Positions 26,152 to 36,153 of a DNA stretch of 49,220 nt are shown here, one piece after another. The stretch is from NCBI GenBank assembly GCA_036478295.1, contig JAZGDW010000301.1, positions 1 through 49,220 on the forward strand, given 5' to 3'. The notes under the pieces were generated by a model. It saw only the letters and a list, made by a program, of their open reading frames with translations. It was not told the origin of the DNA and did no database searches. This stretch comes from Candidatus Krumholzibacteriia bacterium (lineage in GTDB: Bacteria > Krumholzibacteriota > Krumholzibacteriia > WVZY01). The position numbers and the translations under genes are program-made. Positions within the stretch are counted from its first letter, which is position 1. Each line of letters begins with the position of its first letter.

Positions 26152-27105
26152 GTGGACCGGGTTCTCGTAACGGGATGCGGCGGTTTTGTCGGCCGCGTAC
26201 TGAGCGGCGTGCTCGCCGAAGCGGGATTCGAGGTCTGGGGCATCGACCGTGCGGCCGATGGCGGGGGTGTTGCGGGCGAGCACTTCATTTCGTTAGGTCT
26301 CGAGGACCGGCGGGCGGTTGACGGGTTTCTCGAGCGCGCCCGGGCCAGGTATATCGTTCACCTTGCCGCGCAGTCCAGCGCGGGACGATCGTTCGACGAA
26401 CCCCAACAGACCATCGAAAACAACGTCCTTCCGGTACTGCACATCCTGGAATACCTGCGGACCAGTGGGACAGAAACACGCCTCCTGGCCGTCGGATCGT
26501 CGGAGGTCTACGGCGCGGTGACGAAGAAGGACCTGCCGCTGGTCGAATCCAGTCCCGTCAGTCCGGTCAGTCCTTATGCGCTCAGCAAACTGATACAGGA
26601 GCAATGCTGCCGCCAGTACGCGGGGTTGTACGAGGTGGACGTGGTCGTGACGCGGAGCTTCAACCACACCGGCGCCGGGCAGCGGGATGCGTTCGTGCTC
26701 TCGAGCTTCGCCCGGCAGATCGTGGAGATTCGAAGTGGCGTGCGCAAGCCGGTGGTCGAGGTTGGCAACGCGGATGTCCGGCGTGATTTCCTGGACGTCC
26801 GTGACGTTTGCGATGCGTATGTAGCCCTTTTGGGGAAGGGCCAGTGCGGGGCAGTGTATAATGTGTGTTCGGGTGTTTCGTACAGCCTCAGGGAGCTTCT
26901 GGAGAAGCTCGCCGCGCTGTGCGGCGTTGAGATCGAGGTACGGGTGGACCCCAAGCGCGCCCGCCCCGTCGATATAGAAGAGCTTCGCGGGGATCCCGCA
27001 AAGATTACGGCCGACACCGGCTGGCGCCCGAGTACACCCATTGAAACAACCCTGCAGTCGTTGCTGGATTACTGGTCGCGGGAGATCTCCGCGACTGGCG
27101 CATAG
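26152..27105 (+). CDS. Second GMD/Rmd-family extended SDR
   Basis: TGCGGFVG, HLAAQSS, GSSEVYG, SPYALSK and RDFLDVRD. Confidence 0.9.
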   Translation: MDRVLVTGCGGFVGRVLSGVLAEAGFEVWGIDRAADGGGVAGEHFISLGLEDRRAVDGFLERARARYIVHLAAQSSAGRSFDEPQQTIENNVLPVLHILEYLRTSGTETRLLAVGSSEVYGAVTKKDLPLVESSPVSPVSPYALSKLIQEQCCRQYAGLYEVDVVVTRSFNHTGAGQRDAFVLSSFARQIVEIRSGVRKPVVEVGNADVRRDFLDVRDVCDAYVALLGKGQCGAVYNVCSGVSYSLRELLEKLAALCGVEIEVRVDPKRARPVDIEELRGDPAKITADTGWRPSTPIETTLQSLLDYWSREISATGA

Positions 27106-27117
27106 AGGACGTTCTGG

Positions 27118-28431
27118 ATGCTGCGGATTTGTATGATAGGAACGGGGTATGTAGGTCTCGTATCCGGTTCGTGCCTGGCGGATTTCGGTAACACCGTGCG
27201 GTGTGTGGACGTCGATGCGGGGCGCATCGAGTTGCTACGCGGCGGCGGTATGCCGATCTACGAGCCGGGGCTTGGCGAGATGGTGGAGCGCAACGTGTCC
27301 AGCGGACGCCTGCAGTTTACCACGGATGTCAAAGCGGCCGTCGAGCAGTCTGAAGTGATCTTCATCGCGGTGGGGACCCCGTCGAATGCCACCGGTGCCA
27401 CCGATCTCTCGTACGTCTTCAAGGCCTCCGAGTCGATCGCGAAACACATAAACGGGTACAAGGTGATCGTTCAAAAGAGCACCGTGCCCGTCGGTACCAC
27501 GCGCGAAGTGGCCGCGATGATCAAGAAGCACGCGGGCAAGGACGCGGAGTTCGACATCGTGGCCAATCCCGAATTCCTTCGTGAAGGATCGGCTGTGGCG
27601 GATTTTCTGCGGCCGAACCGCGTGGTAATCGGTGTGGAGTCGGAGCGAGCGAGGGACGTGATGAAGAAAGTGTACCGGCCGCTTTATCTCATCGAGACCC
27701 CCATCGTTTTGACAGGGCTTGAGACGGCCGAGCTCATCAAGTACGCGAGCAACGCTTATCTGGCCACCAAGATTTCGTTCATCAACGAGATCGCGGCGAT
27801 CTGCGAGCGGGTCGGTGCGAACGTGGACGAAGTGGCCAAGGGAATGGGCCTGGACGGGCGCATCGGCGCCAAGTTTCTGCACGCCGGGGTCGGTTTCGGC
27901 GGGTCGTGCCTGCCCAAGGACGTTTCAGCGCTGGCGCACCTGTCAGGCGAGAGGGGTTACGAACCCCGGATCATACGTGCGGTTCTCGAAGTGAACGCGC
28001 AACTCGCAATGCGGGCGCTGGACAAACTCAAGGCGGAGATTTCATCGCTGGAGAACAAATCGATTGCCGTTCTCGGTCTGTCGTTCAAGCCGAACACCGA
28101 CGACTTGAGGGAAGCGCCCTCACTAAAAATTATCGAGTTGCTCGTCAGGGAAAAAGCGGCGATCCGCGTTTTCGATCCGGTGGCGATGGACCGGTTCAAA
28201 GAAACGGCCGAGGTGGGAGTAACTTGCTGCAATAGCGCGTACGATGCCGCCGAAGGATGCGACGCGCTGCTGCTGGTCACCGAATGGAATGAGTTCAGGG
28301 AGCTGGACCTTAACCGGCTCAAGAAGGCGATGCGTACGCCGGTGTTCATCGACTGCCGCAACGTTTACGAAGCGGAGCGAATGGCCGAACACGGCTTCCG
28401 TTACGACTCGTTTGGACGCGGGACGTTATGA
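27118..28431 (+). CDS. ugd: UDP-glucose 6-dehydrogenase
   Basis: GTGYVG, KSTVP, NPEFLREG, GFGGSCLPKD and FKPNTDDLRE. Confidence 0.95.
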   Translation: MLRICMIGTGYVGLVSGSCLADFGNTVRCVDVDAGRIELLRGGGMPIYEPGLGEMVERNVSSGRLQFTTDVKAAVEQSEVIFIAVGTPSNATGATDLSYVFKASESIAKHINGYKVIVQKSTVPVGTTREVAAMIKKHAGKDAEFDIVANPEFLREGSAVADFLRPNRVVIGVESERARDVMKKVYRPLYLIETPIVLTGLETAELIKYASNAYLATKISFINEIAAICERVGANVDEVAKGMGLDGRIGAKFLHAGVGFGGSCLPKDVSALAHLSGERGYEPRIIRAVLEVNAQLAMRALDKLKAEISSLENKSIAVLGLSFKPNTDDLREAPSLKIIELLVREKAAIRVFDPVAMDRFKETAEVGVTCCNSAYDAAEGCDALLLVTEWNEFRELDLNRLKKAMRTPVFIDCRNVYEAERMAEHGFRYDSFGRGTL

Positions 28432-28483
28432 CGGATCGCTGGAACGGCGCGCAATAAGGAAGCGTGTCACAAAGGAGACCGAC

Positions 28484-28939
28484 ATGATTGAAGGGGTACT
28501 TATAAAGAAGCTCAAGGTAATCCCGGACGAACGAGGTTATCTGATGGAAATGCTTCGTTCGGACGATGAGTTTTTCCAGAAATTCGGACAGGTCTATTTG
28601 ACCGCCGCCTATCCCGGCGTGGTAAAAGGCTGGCATTACCACAAGAAGCAGACCGACCATTTCGTGGGTGTGTCGGGCATGACGAAGGTGGTGTTATACG
28701 ACCAGCGTGAGGGGTCGAAGACCAGGGGCGAAGTAAACGAGTTCTTCCTCGGCGAGCGGAATCCGATCCTCCTGGTTATTCCCCCGCTGGTTGTACACGG
28801 TATGAAGGGCATCGGCGATCAGCCAGGCATGATAATCAATTGTCCCACAGAACTTTACGACTACGAGAACCCCGACGAGTACAGGATCGACCCCCACGAC
28901 AACGATATCCCGTACGACTGGGCGCGCAAGGACGGCTAG
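28484..28939 (+). CDS. rfbC: dTDP-4-dehydrorhamnose 3,5-epimerase family cupin
   Basis: AAGGAG RBS with ATG at 28484. PDERG and GVVKGWHYH. Confidence 0.85.
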   Translation: MIEGVLIKKLKVIPDERGYLMEMLRSDDEFFQKFGQVYLTAAYPGVVKGWHYHKKQTDHFVGVSGMTKVVLYDQREGSKTRGEVNEFFLGERNPILLVIPPLVVHGMKGIGDQPGMIINCPTELYDYENPDEYRIDPHDNDIPYDWARKDG

Positions 28940-28991
28940 GCAAGCGGACGTCCAGGTACGCGAGGGGACAGACGGAGAGAAGGTAGCAGAG

Positions 28992-30029
28992 GTGGCGTTC
29001 TACGGATCAATACTGGTGACGGGCGGCGCGGGTTTCATCGGCGCCAACTTCGTGCATCGCATCCACCGGCGCCACAAGGCCTGCAAGATTACCGTGCTGG
29101 ATGCCCTCACCTATGCCGGCAATCTGGAGAACCTGGAAGGCCTGCTCGACGATGACCGGGTGACCTTTGTCAAAGGATCGATTACGGACGCGGAATTGGT
29201 GCGGAAGTCAATGCGGGGCTGCGAGGCGGCGTTCAACTTTGCCGCGGAGACTCACGTCGATCGTGCGATCCAGGAGGCGGGCAGCTTCATCCATACGGAT
29301 GTATTCGGTACCTACACGATGCTGACCGTCGCCCACGAGTTAGGTCTGGAAAGGTTCATCCAGATATCTACCGATGAGGTCTACGGCAGCTCCTCCGGCG
29401 AGAACTTCACGGAGCACTCCCCCTTGAGGCCCGGCAATCCCTACTCGGCGAGCAAGTGCGGCGGCGACCTGATGTGCCAGGCGTTTCATAATACGTTTGG
29501 GGTGCCGGTTGTCATCACACGCAGTTCGAACAACTTTGGTCCCTACCAGCACGTTGAGAAGTTCATCCCGCTTTTTACGACCAACACGATCGAAGGCAAG
29601 GCGCTGCCGCTCTACGGCGACGGCATGCACGAACGGGACTGGATCTATGTTGAGGATAACTGCGCTGCCCTGGAGCTGATTGGCGTGCAAGGCGAGCTCG
29701 GTGAGATCTACAACGTCGCCGTGGGCAGCAGCCAGCCAAACCTGCATGTGGCGCGCCGCATCTTGAAACAGCTCGGGGCGCCGGAGTCGAGAATCGTCTT
29801 CATAGAAGACCGCAAGGGTCACGATCGGGCCTACGCGATGGACAGCAGCAAGCTGCAGGCGCTCGGCTGGAAACCGCAGTTCGACTTCGACACGGCGCTC
29901 GAAAAAACCGTGTCCTGGTACCAGGACAATGAGCGCTGGTGGGGCAACGTCAAGTCCGGTGATTTCCGCAAGTATTACGAATCCCACTATAAGGACAAGC
30001 TCAAGAAGGGCAAGACCTATGGCGTATAA
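28992..30029 (+). CDS. rfbB: dTDP-glucose 4,6-dehydratase
   Basis: TGGAGFIG, DALTYAGN, AAETHVDR, STDEVYG, PYSASK and DRKGHDRAY. Confidence 0.96.
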   Translation: MAFYGSILVTGGAGFIGANFVHRIHRRHKACKITVLDALTYAGNLENLEGLLDDDRVTFVKGSITDAELVRKSMRGCEAAFNFAAETHVDRAIQEAGSFIHTDVFGTYTMLTVAHELGLERFIQISTDEVYGSSSGENFTEHSPLRPGNPYSASKCGGDLMCQAFHNTFGVPVVITRSSNNFGPYQHVEKFIPLFTTNTIEGKALPLYGDGMHERDWIYVEDNCAALELIGVQGELGEIYNVAVGSSQPNLHVARRILKQLGAPESRIVFIEDRKGHDRAYAMDSSKLQALGWKPQFDFDTALEKTVSWYQDNERWWGNVKSGDFRKYYESHYKDKLKKGKTYGV

Positions 30030-31110
30030 GGTCATCGCCGTCGTTGGCGCCCGGCCCAACTACATGAAAGTGGCTCCGATCTGGCACGAGTTCGAGAACC
30101 GTTCACACGTTTCCAGAAAACTCGTGCATACCGGGCAGCATTACGACGAGAACATGTCAAAAGTGTTCTTCGACGACCTGAAGCTGCCGAAACCCGATGT
30201 GTACCTCGGCGTGGGGTCGGGGTCGCACGGAGAGCAGACAGCCAAGGTCATGATCGAGATGGAAAAGGTGCTCGCCGCCGAACGACCCGATTTCCTGATC
30301 GTGGTCGGGGATGTCAACTCAACTATGGCCTCCGCGCTGGTGGCGGTGAAGATGGGGATCGCCGTCGCACACGTCGAGGCGGGCCTGCGCAGCTTCGACC
30401 GCACGATGCCGGAGGAGATCAACCGCACGGTGACAGACATGGTAGCGTCGCTCTTGTTTACTACCGAGCGGAGCGCAGAGGAGAACCTTCTGCGCGAAGG
30501 TGTATCGAGTGAGAAAATTCACTTTGTCGGCAACGTCATGATCGACAGCCTGAAACACTACCGACCGCTCGCTGAGGCGTCGACCGTTCTCGAAGACCTC
30601 TCGCTCACAGGACAAGAGTACGGATTGGTCACGCTGCACCGGCCCTCGAACGTGGATGACCCCGCGGTGCTGCGAGAGATTCTGGGCGCCCTCATCGAGC
30701 TCGGCGCCACCTGCCCCCTGGTATTTCCCGCCCATCCCCGCACCACTAAGATAATAAATGATAACAAGATAAAAATTCCGACGGAAGCACTCCGCATTTT
30801 GCCTCCCGTAGGCTACCTCGATTTTGTTAAACTCATGGCACACGCCCGACTCGTTCTAACCGACTCAGGAGGTATCCAGGAAGAAACCACTGTACTCGAC
30901 GTCCCCTGCTTGACCATCCGTGAGAACACGGAGCGGCCCATCACCATCGAGATCGGGACCAATCGGCTGGTGGGCGTGAAGGCGGAGCGGATCCTCGGAG
31001 AGGGCCGCAAGGTCCTCGCGAATCGACAGCGAAAGGGCAGAGTCCCCGAGCTGTGGGATGGGAACGCTTCGCAGCGGATCGTGCAGGTGATCGACGAGTA
31101 CAGTTTATGA
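30019..31110 (+). CDS. wecB: UDP-N-acetylglucosamine 2-epimerase (non-hydrolysing)
   Basis: VGARPN, HTGQHYD, HVEAGLRS, PEEINR and TDSGGIQEE. Confidence 0.95.
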   Translation: MAYKVIAVVGARPNYMKVAPIWHEFENRSHVSRKLVHTGQHYDENMSKVFFDDLKLPKPDVYLGVGSGSHGEQTAKVMIEMEKVLAAERPDFLIVVGDVNSTMASALVAVKMGIAVAHVEAGLRSFDRTMPEEINRTVTDMVASLLFTTERSAEENLLREGVSSEKIHFVGNVMIDSLKHYRPLAEASTVLEDLSLTGQEYGLVTLHRPSNVDDPAVLREILGALIELGATCPLVFPAHPRTTKIINDNKIKIPTEALRILPPVGYLDFVKLMAHARLVLTDSGGIQEETTVLDVPCLTIRENTERPITIEIGTNRLVGVKAERILGEGRKVLANRQRKGRVPELWDGNASQRIVQVIDEYSL

Positions 31111-32615
31111 GCCGGCAAAAAGAGAGTTGGTCGTTTCAGGACACGTCGCTCAAGCGGAGCTTTTTGTGGAGCCTCGCTATCACCGCGTTGCCCGTCGTGT
31201 CCGGTTTTGTCGTATCGTGGGTCATCGCCCGCTGGGCCGGCCCGCGTGTCGTGGGAACCGTATCGTGGGTCATGTCCTTTGCCACAGCGGTTCTGATCAT
31301 CGGCAAGTTTGGACTGGACCTTGCCGCCTCCCGCCTGGCCAGCGAATTCGGTGTGGGCGCTGCCGGAAGCCTCCGCGCTCTCTTCAGGACCGCGATCCAA
31401 TTACGCCTTCTGTTCACATGCTCCGTGGCACTTCTTGCGTGGGTGTTTTCACCCCGTGTCGCTGGGTTCTTCGACGACACTGACCTCACCGGACCGATTC
31501 GTGTCGGTGCCCTGGTTGTCGTTTGCGCCAGCCTCTATGAATTCAAAGAGAATTTTCTGATCGGGTTGAACCGCCTGCAGACGGTGTACCGCATTCGTGC
31601 CGTCCACTTGCTGCTCAGGGTTCTGGTGACCTGTGTGCTCGTATTTCTGGGCCTGGGGGCGACGCAAATCCTCGGCGGGTACTGCGCAGCCTGGGCGGTC
31701 GCGATCGCCGTCTACGTGGCCATGCTGATGCGGTTTCTGCCCGTGGAGGATGCGGGGCCTGCGCGAGAGGGCCTGGCGCGCCGGCTCCTGGTACTGAGCG
31801 TGCCGCTCGCAGTCAGTAGCGCGTCGGTGACGATCTACTCGCACATGGACCGGTTGATGCTGGGGTATTTTTCGGGGATTGAGGAGGTCGGACAGTACGC
31901 CGTGGCGAGAAACATCTCTGAAGTCTCACTTTTTCCCGTGTTTGCGCTGATCATGATGTTGAGACCCGCCCTGGCCTCCCGCTTTTCCGGAGGAGATGTT
32001 ACCGAATGCGCGGCGATCATCCGGCGCTCCCTCCGCTTCTCGCTGGTCTCGGGCGTTCTTTTCGCGGCGATTTTCGCAGTCTTCGGTTTGCCGCTGGTGA
32101 CGGCCGTGTTTTCCAGGGATTTCTCGCACGCGGGCGGGCTCATGATATTCTTTGCCGGGGTGATCGTGTTTCGTTCGATCGGCGCGGTCATTCTGCCGTC
32201 GCTCGTCGCCGCCGAGCGCACGCGCGTATATGCCTATTTGACAGCGGCCTCAGCGGTGTTGAACTTTGCGCTAAACCTGGTCCTGATTCCAAAGTACCAG
32301 GCGCGGGGCGCCGTCATTGCTACCCTCGTGTCCTACGGGGTGTTACTGATCGTTGGATTGCACGAGGTATTTGTTACCTACGGGGTTCGCCTCAGCGGGC
32401 GGAGCGTGTCGCTGGGACTTCGCACGATTCTTGCTGGATCGCTCGCGGCCGGGATCGTGTGGCCGCTACGCGGCCGCACCGGGCTCGAATGGGAGGCGTT
32501 CTTGTGGGCCGGTGTTCTCACCGTGGCCTATGCATTATTGGCGGTTGCGTTTCGTGTGGCACGCGCGGAAGACATTCGGGTTTTGCTCATTAACCTAAGG
32601 AAATCAAAGGGATAG
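31107..32615 (+). CDS. Wzx-like polysaccharide flippase (MOP/PST family)
   Basis: Polytopic membrane protein with DRLMLGYF...VGQYAVA and NLVLIPKY.A.GA. ATGA overlap with wecB. Confidence 0.9.
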   Translation: MSRQKESWSFQDTSLKRSFLWSLAITALPVVSGFVVSWVIARWAGPRVVGTVSWVMSFATAVLIIGKFGLDLAASRLASEFGVGAAGSLRALFRTAIQLRLLFTCSVALLAWVFSPRVAGFFDDTDLTGPIRVGALVVVCASLYEFKENFLIGLNRLQTVYRIRAVHLLLRVLVTCVLVFLGLGATQILGGYCAAWAVAIAVYVAMLMRFLPVEDAGPAREGLARRLLVLSVPLAVSSASVTIYSHMDRLMLGYFSGIEEVGQYAVARNISEVSLFPVFALIMMLRPALASRFSGGDVTECAAIIRRSLRFSLVSGVLFAAIFAVFGLPLVTAVFSRDFSHAGGLMIFFAGVIVFRSIGAVILPSLVAAERTRVYAYLTAASAVLNFALNLVLIPKYQARGAVIATLVSYGVLLIVGLHEVFVTYGVRLSGRSVSLGLRTILAGSLAAGIVWPLRGRTGLEWEAFLWAGVLTVAYALLAVAFRVARAEDIRVLLINLRKSKG

Positions 32616-32629
32616 CGCCGGATTCTCGC

Positions 32630-32658
32630 TTGACAGAATATTCACGAGCCGATAATGT
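32630..32658 (+). promoter_or_regulatory. Putative sigma-70 promoter of the wecA-like gene
   Basis: TTGACA-17 nt-TAATGT. Confidence 0.55.
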
Positions 32659-32705
32659 GTGCGGTGAGTGGGGAAAGGCGTGACAGCCCACCAACGGGGG
32701 AAAAT

Positions 32706-33785
32706 TTGGCTGGTTTCGAAGTATGGACAACATTCTTCACCGCATTCGTTGCGGTGGTAGTTGTTACGCCAATCGTGCGTAAGTACGCACTTCGATGGAA
32801 GCTCGGCGACAAGCCCAACGGGCGAAAGATCCATACCGCCAACATCCCGCACATCGGGGGAATCGCGATCGTCGTGGGAACGTTGCTGGGTCTTTTCGCC
32901 GCCCAGGTGTTCGCCGTCGCGGGAGCGGAGTCCTTGTCCGCGAAGGTTCTGCTGCCGGTCACCCTCATCGTTGGGCTCGGATTGACCGATGACATCAAGA
33001 ACCTGAAGGCGCGACGGAAGTTAACCGTGCAGGTCATCGCGTCACTCGTTCTGGCCATGCTGGGCGTACGTCTCTACATCGGCCTACCCGTCTTCGATGG
33101 GAGCCTGATTCTTGTGGTCGCACTCAGCGCGTTTTACCTGGTCGGGATATCGAGCTCCGTCAATCTGATCGACGGCCATGACGGCCTCGCCGCGGGAACC
33201 TCCCTGATCTCTGCCGTCGCTTTCGCCGTCCTTGCAGTTACCACCAACGCACCGTGGCTGCTGTTGCTATCGCTCTCGGTCGCCGGAGCGTGTCTGGGAT
33301 TTCTAATCTACAATTTTCCGCCGGGCAGGATTTTCATGGGGGATACGGGTAGCATGTTTCTCGGCGTCATGTTGGGAATCGTCGCCTGTTATTTCACAAT
33401 GATGCAACCGACTATCAATACGTTCGTTGCAGTCTGTTTTGTCTTGTCGATTCCGATGATCGATTCATGTCTGGCCATCGTGCGGCGCCTGTCTCTGCGA
33501 CGACCGGTGTTTCAGGCGGACTGCCTTCACATCCACCACATCCTGGCTTCGTTTGGGTTTTCGACCCGTGAGACATTGTTCATTCTCTATGGGATGCAGG
33601 CCGTTATGGCTTTCCTGGGGATCCTGGTGATGAAAGGCTTCACGGTGCCGCTGGTCCTCGGGCTAATTATTCTCGCCCTTACGTTCTATACTTTCATTCG
33701 TATTATGGTGGCCGCCGAAAGTGGTGAGCGAGAAACCGCCTCCCCGAAGTTTTCTCCGGGCTCCTTCCCGTCCCTCGAAAAATAG
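32706..33785 (+). CDS. Undecaprenyl-phosphate alpha-GlcNAc-1-phosphate transferase (WecA/TagO, MraY family); start uncertain (32655 or 32706)
   Basis: DKPNGRKIH, GLTDD, NLIDGHDGLA, IFMGDTGS and DCLHIHH. Confidence 0.92.
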   Translation: MAGFEVWTTFFTAFVAVVVVTPIVRKYALRWKLGDKPNGRKIHTANIPHIGGIAIVVGTLLGLFAAQVFAVAGAESLSAKVLLPVTLIVGLGLTDDIKNLKARRKLTVQVIASLVLAMLGVRLYIGLPVFDGSLILVVALSAFYLVGISSSVNLIDGHDGLAAGTSLISAVAFAVLAVTTNAPWLLLLSLSVAGACLGFLIYNFPPGRIFMGDTGSMFLGVMLGIVACYFTMMQPTINTFVAVCFVLSIPMIDSCLAIVRRLSLRRPVFQADCLHIHHILASFGFSTRETLFILYGMQAVMAFLGILVMKGFTVPLVLGLIILALTFYTFIRIMVAAESGERETASPKFSPGSFPSLEK

Positions 33786-33822
33786 CGTCCGTTTATTTTC
33801 TTCCGGTGCCACATAGAATCCG

Positions 33823-33852
33823 TTGACGATCGAGCGGTCATTATGGTATTTT
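33823..33852 (+). promoter_or_regulatory. Putative sigma-70 promoter of the hemC-like/serS genes
   Basis: TTGACG-18 nt-TATTTT with an extended TG. Confidence 0.5.
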
Positions 33853-33909
33853 CTTGTCTCGCTTTTTCCGGTACAAGTTTGAACCGTCCTGTCTTTCGGG
33901 AGTGCGCCC

Positions 33910-34830
33910 GTGCCGACTATTACACGTTGCCGCATAGCAAGCGACGTCGATTTCCTCTCCAGGGTTCAACTCGAGGAAGTTTCTCGGGATTTAAAAAAAC
34001 ATTGCCCGAGGCTCGACATCGAAACGGTCGCTCCGGGAAACGAAACCGCGGCGGATAACAACCGTCCTCCAAACTCACCTATCCGCGTCGCCCACCTCAT
34101 GAACGAACTTTTGCAGGGAAAGTGCGACGCATTGGTTTTGAATGCGACACATCTTCCCGCAAGGCTGCCCAACGGGCTCACATTCGGTGCCATTACGAAC
34201 CGCCTGATACCGTACGACGTACTGATTTCTTCTTCGGACTGCCTGCTCGATGAACTGCCCGAGAACGCGTCTGTCATCGCCAACGACGAACGCCGCGAGG
34301 CCCAGCTGCTCTACTACCGGCCGGACTTGAAAATGGTGCGGACCCGGGGGAGCGTCGATTCGGTCATCCAGAAGGTCAAGAACCAGAAGGTGGATGCCGC
34401 GATTCTCGCCGCCGGTGACGTCGAGAGACTGCAGAAGCAGGACCATGTAGTAGAGTTTCTGACCTGTTCGATCTGCATCCCGGCGGCCGGACAGGGCTCG
34501 CTGGCCGTCCTGGTCCGCTCCAACGACGATCAGGCCAAACGATCGATGCATGTGATCAACGACCCGGCCTCGTACAGCGAAATCGTGGCCGAGTGGGCTT
34601 TCCTCGATTCGCTGGGTATACAGAGCCGCTCGCCGGTGGGGGTTCTCGGCAGCATCGAGGGCCGGTCGCTCGAGCTCGAGGGTATGATCGCATTGCCGGA
34701 TGGGCGTGAGCGGATTCACGCTTTGGTGAAAGGTACGGTGGGGCATGAGGTGGAGCTGGGAGAGAAGCTCGCCAACGAGACTCTCGAAGCCGGCGGAAGA
34801 GCACTTTTGCAGGAACTCGACCTCCTTTGA
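33910..34830 (+). CDS. Porphobilinogen deaminase (HemC)-like protein, catalytically degenerate
   Basis: Full-length HemC architecture (RREAQLLYYRPDL, DAAILAA, PAAGQGSLAV, LGEKLA), but the HS.KD and GGC..P motifs are replaced. Confidence 0.88.
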   Translation: MPTITRCRIASDVDFLSRVQLEEVSRDLKKHCPRLDIETVAPGNETAADNNRPPNSPIRVAHLMNELLQGKCDALVLNATHLPARLPNGLTFGAITNRLIPYDVLISSSDCLLDELPENASVIANDERREAQLLYYRPDLKMVRTRGSVDSVIQKVKNQKVDAAILAAGDVERLQKQDHVVEFLTCSICIPAAGQGSLAVLVRSNDDQAKRSMHVINDPASYSEIVAEWAFLDSLGIQSRSPVGVLGSIEGRSLELEGMIALPDGRERIHALVKGTVGHEVELGEKLANETLEAGGRALLQELDLL

Positions 34831-34861
34831 TTTACTCATCCGATATTCCAGGGGAAAAACT

Positions 34862-36130
34862 GTGTTGGACCGGCGCCTGATTCGTGAGGACCCGCAGCGT
34901 GTTATCCGCGGAGTCCGCGCAAAGGGCGTCGACGTCGATCTTGAAAAACTGATGGAGCTCGACCGGCGCCTTCTTGCGCTGGTGCAGGCCAACGACAAAC
35001 TCAAGCACGAGCGTAACGTGAAAACGGAAGAGGTTGCCCGCAAGAAGCGTGCGGGAGAGGATTCCGGGGAGCTGCACAGTTACCTCAAAGAACTTTCCGA
35101 CAAGATAAAGGAGCGAGAGGCTGAGCATAAGGACATCAGTGCCGCATTGGACGACCTGATGCTGTCCATTCCCAATCTTCCGCACGAAAGCGTCCCCAAC
35201 GGCAAGGGTGAGAAGGACAACGCTGAGCGTCGTTCGTGGGGTGATCCGGCGGAACCCTTTGAGGATATCTTGCCGCACTGGGACATCGGTGAAAAGCTGG
35301 GCATCCTGGACCTCGAAGCGGGGCGCCGCGTGACGGGGCGCGGGTACATCGTATTTCGCAAGGATGGGGCGCTGCTCTGCCGGGCGCTGATCAACATGAT
35401 GCTCAATATGCACCTCGAGCAGGGGTACGAAGAGGTGGCCGTGCCCTTCATGGTGAGCCGCGATTCGATGACCGGCACCGGGCAGCTGCCCAAGATGCAG
35501 GACGACATGTACCACTGCGAGATCGACGACTTGTTCCTCATTCCGACCGCCGAAGTTCCCGTCACCAACCTCGAGCGCGACTCGTTCATCCCCGCCGATC
35601 GCCTGCCGATCAAGTACACTTCGTACACGCCGTGCTTCCGGCGCGAGGCGGGCAGCCACGGCGCCGACACGCGTGGCCTGCTGCGTGTGCACCAGTTCGA
35701 TAAGGTGGAGATGGTAAAATTTGTCTACCCGGACCACTCGTACGACGAATTGGAAACGCTGGTGGACGATGCGACGGCCGTCCTGGAAGCGCTGGAACTA
35801 CCCTACCGCGTCATCGAGCTCTGCAGTGCGGAGTTGAGCTTCGCCGCCGCCAAGTGCTACGACCTGGAAGTGTTCGCCCCGGGGGTCGGCAAGTGGCTCG
35901 AAGTATCCTCGTGCAGCAATTTCGAGGATTTCCAGGCGCGCCGCGCGGGCATCAAGATCAAGAAGGTAGGCGGCGAGAAACATCGCTTCGTGCACACCCT
36001 GAACGGATCCGGTCTTGCATTGCCCCGCACGATCGCCGCCATTCTGGAAGTTCACCAGACGCCGACGGGACGTGTTAGAATTCCTGAGAAGCTGGTGCCC
36101 CACATGGCCGGCAAGGAATTTCTGGGATAG
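34862..36130 (+). CDS. serS: Seryl-tRNA synthetase
   Basis: LIPTAEVP, CFRREAGS, RVHQFDKVE, EVSSCSN and HTLNGSGLA. GTG start. Confidence 0.98.
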   Translation: MLDRRLIREDPQRVIRGVRAKGVDVDLEKLMELDRRLLALVQANDKLKHERNVKTEEVARKKRAGEDSGELHSYLKELSDKIKEREAEHKDISAALDDLMLSIPNLPHESVPNGKGEKDNAERRSWGDPAEPFEDILPHWDIGEKLGILDLEAGRRVTGRGYIVFRKDGALLCRALINMMLNMHLEQGYEEVAVPFMVSRDSMTGTGQLPKMQDDMYHCEIDDLFLIPTAEVPVTNLERDSFIPADRLPIKYTSYTPCFRREAGSHGADTRGLLRVHQFDKVEMVKFVYPDHSYDELETLVDDATAVLEALELPYRVIELCSAELSFAAAKCYDLEVFAPGVGKWLEVSSCSNFEDFQARRAGIKIKKVGGEKHRFVHTLNGSGLALPRTIAAILEVHQTPTGRVRIPEKLVPHMAGKEFLG

Positions 36131-36153
36131 ACAAGCCGCCCCGCCTTCACGCG

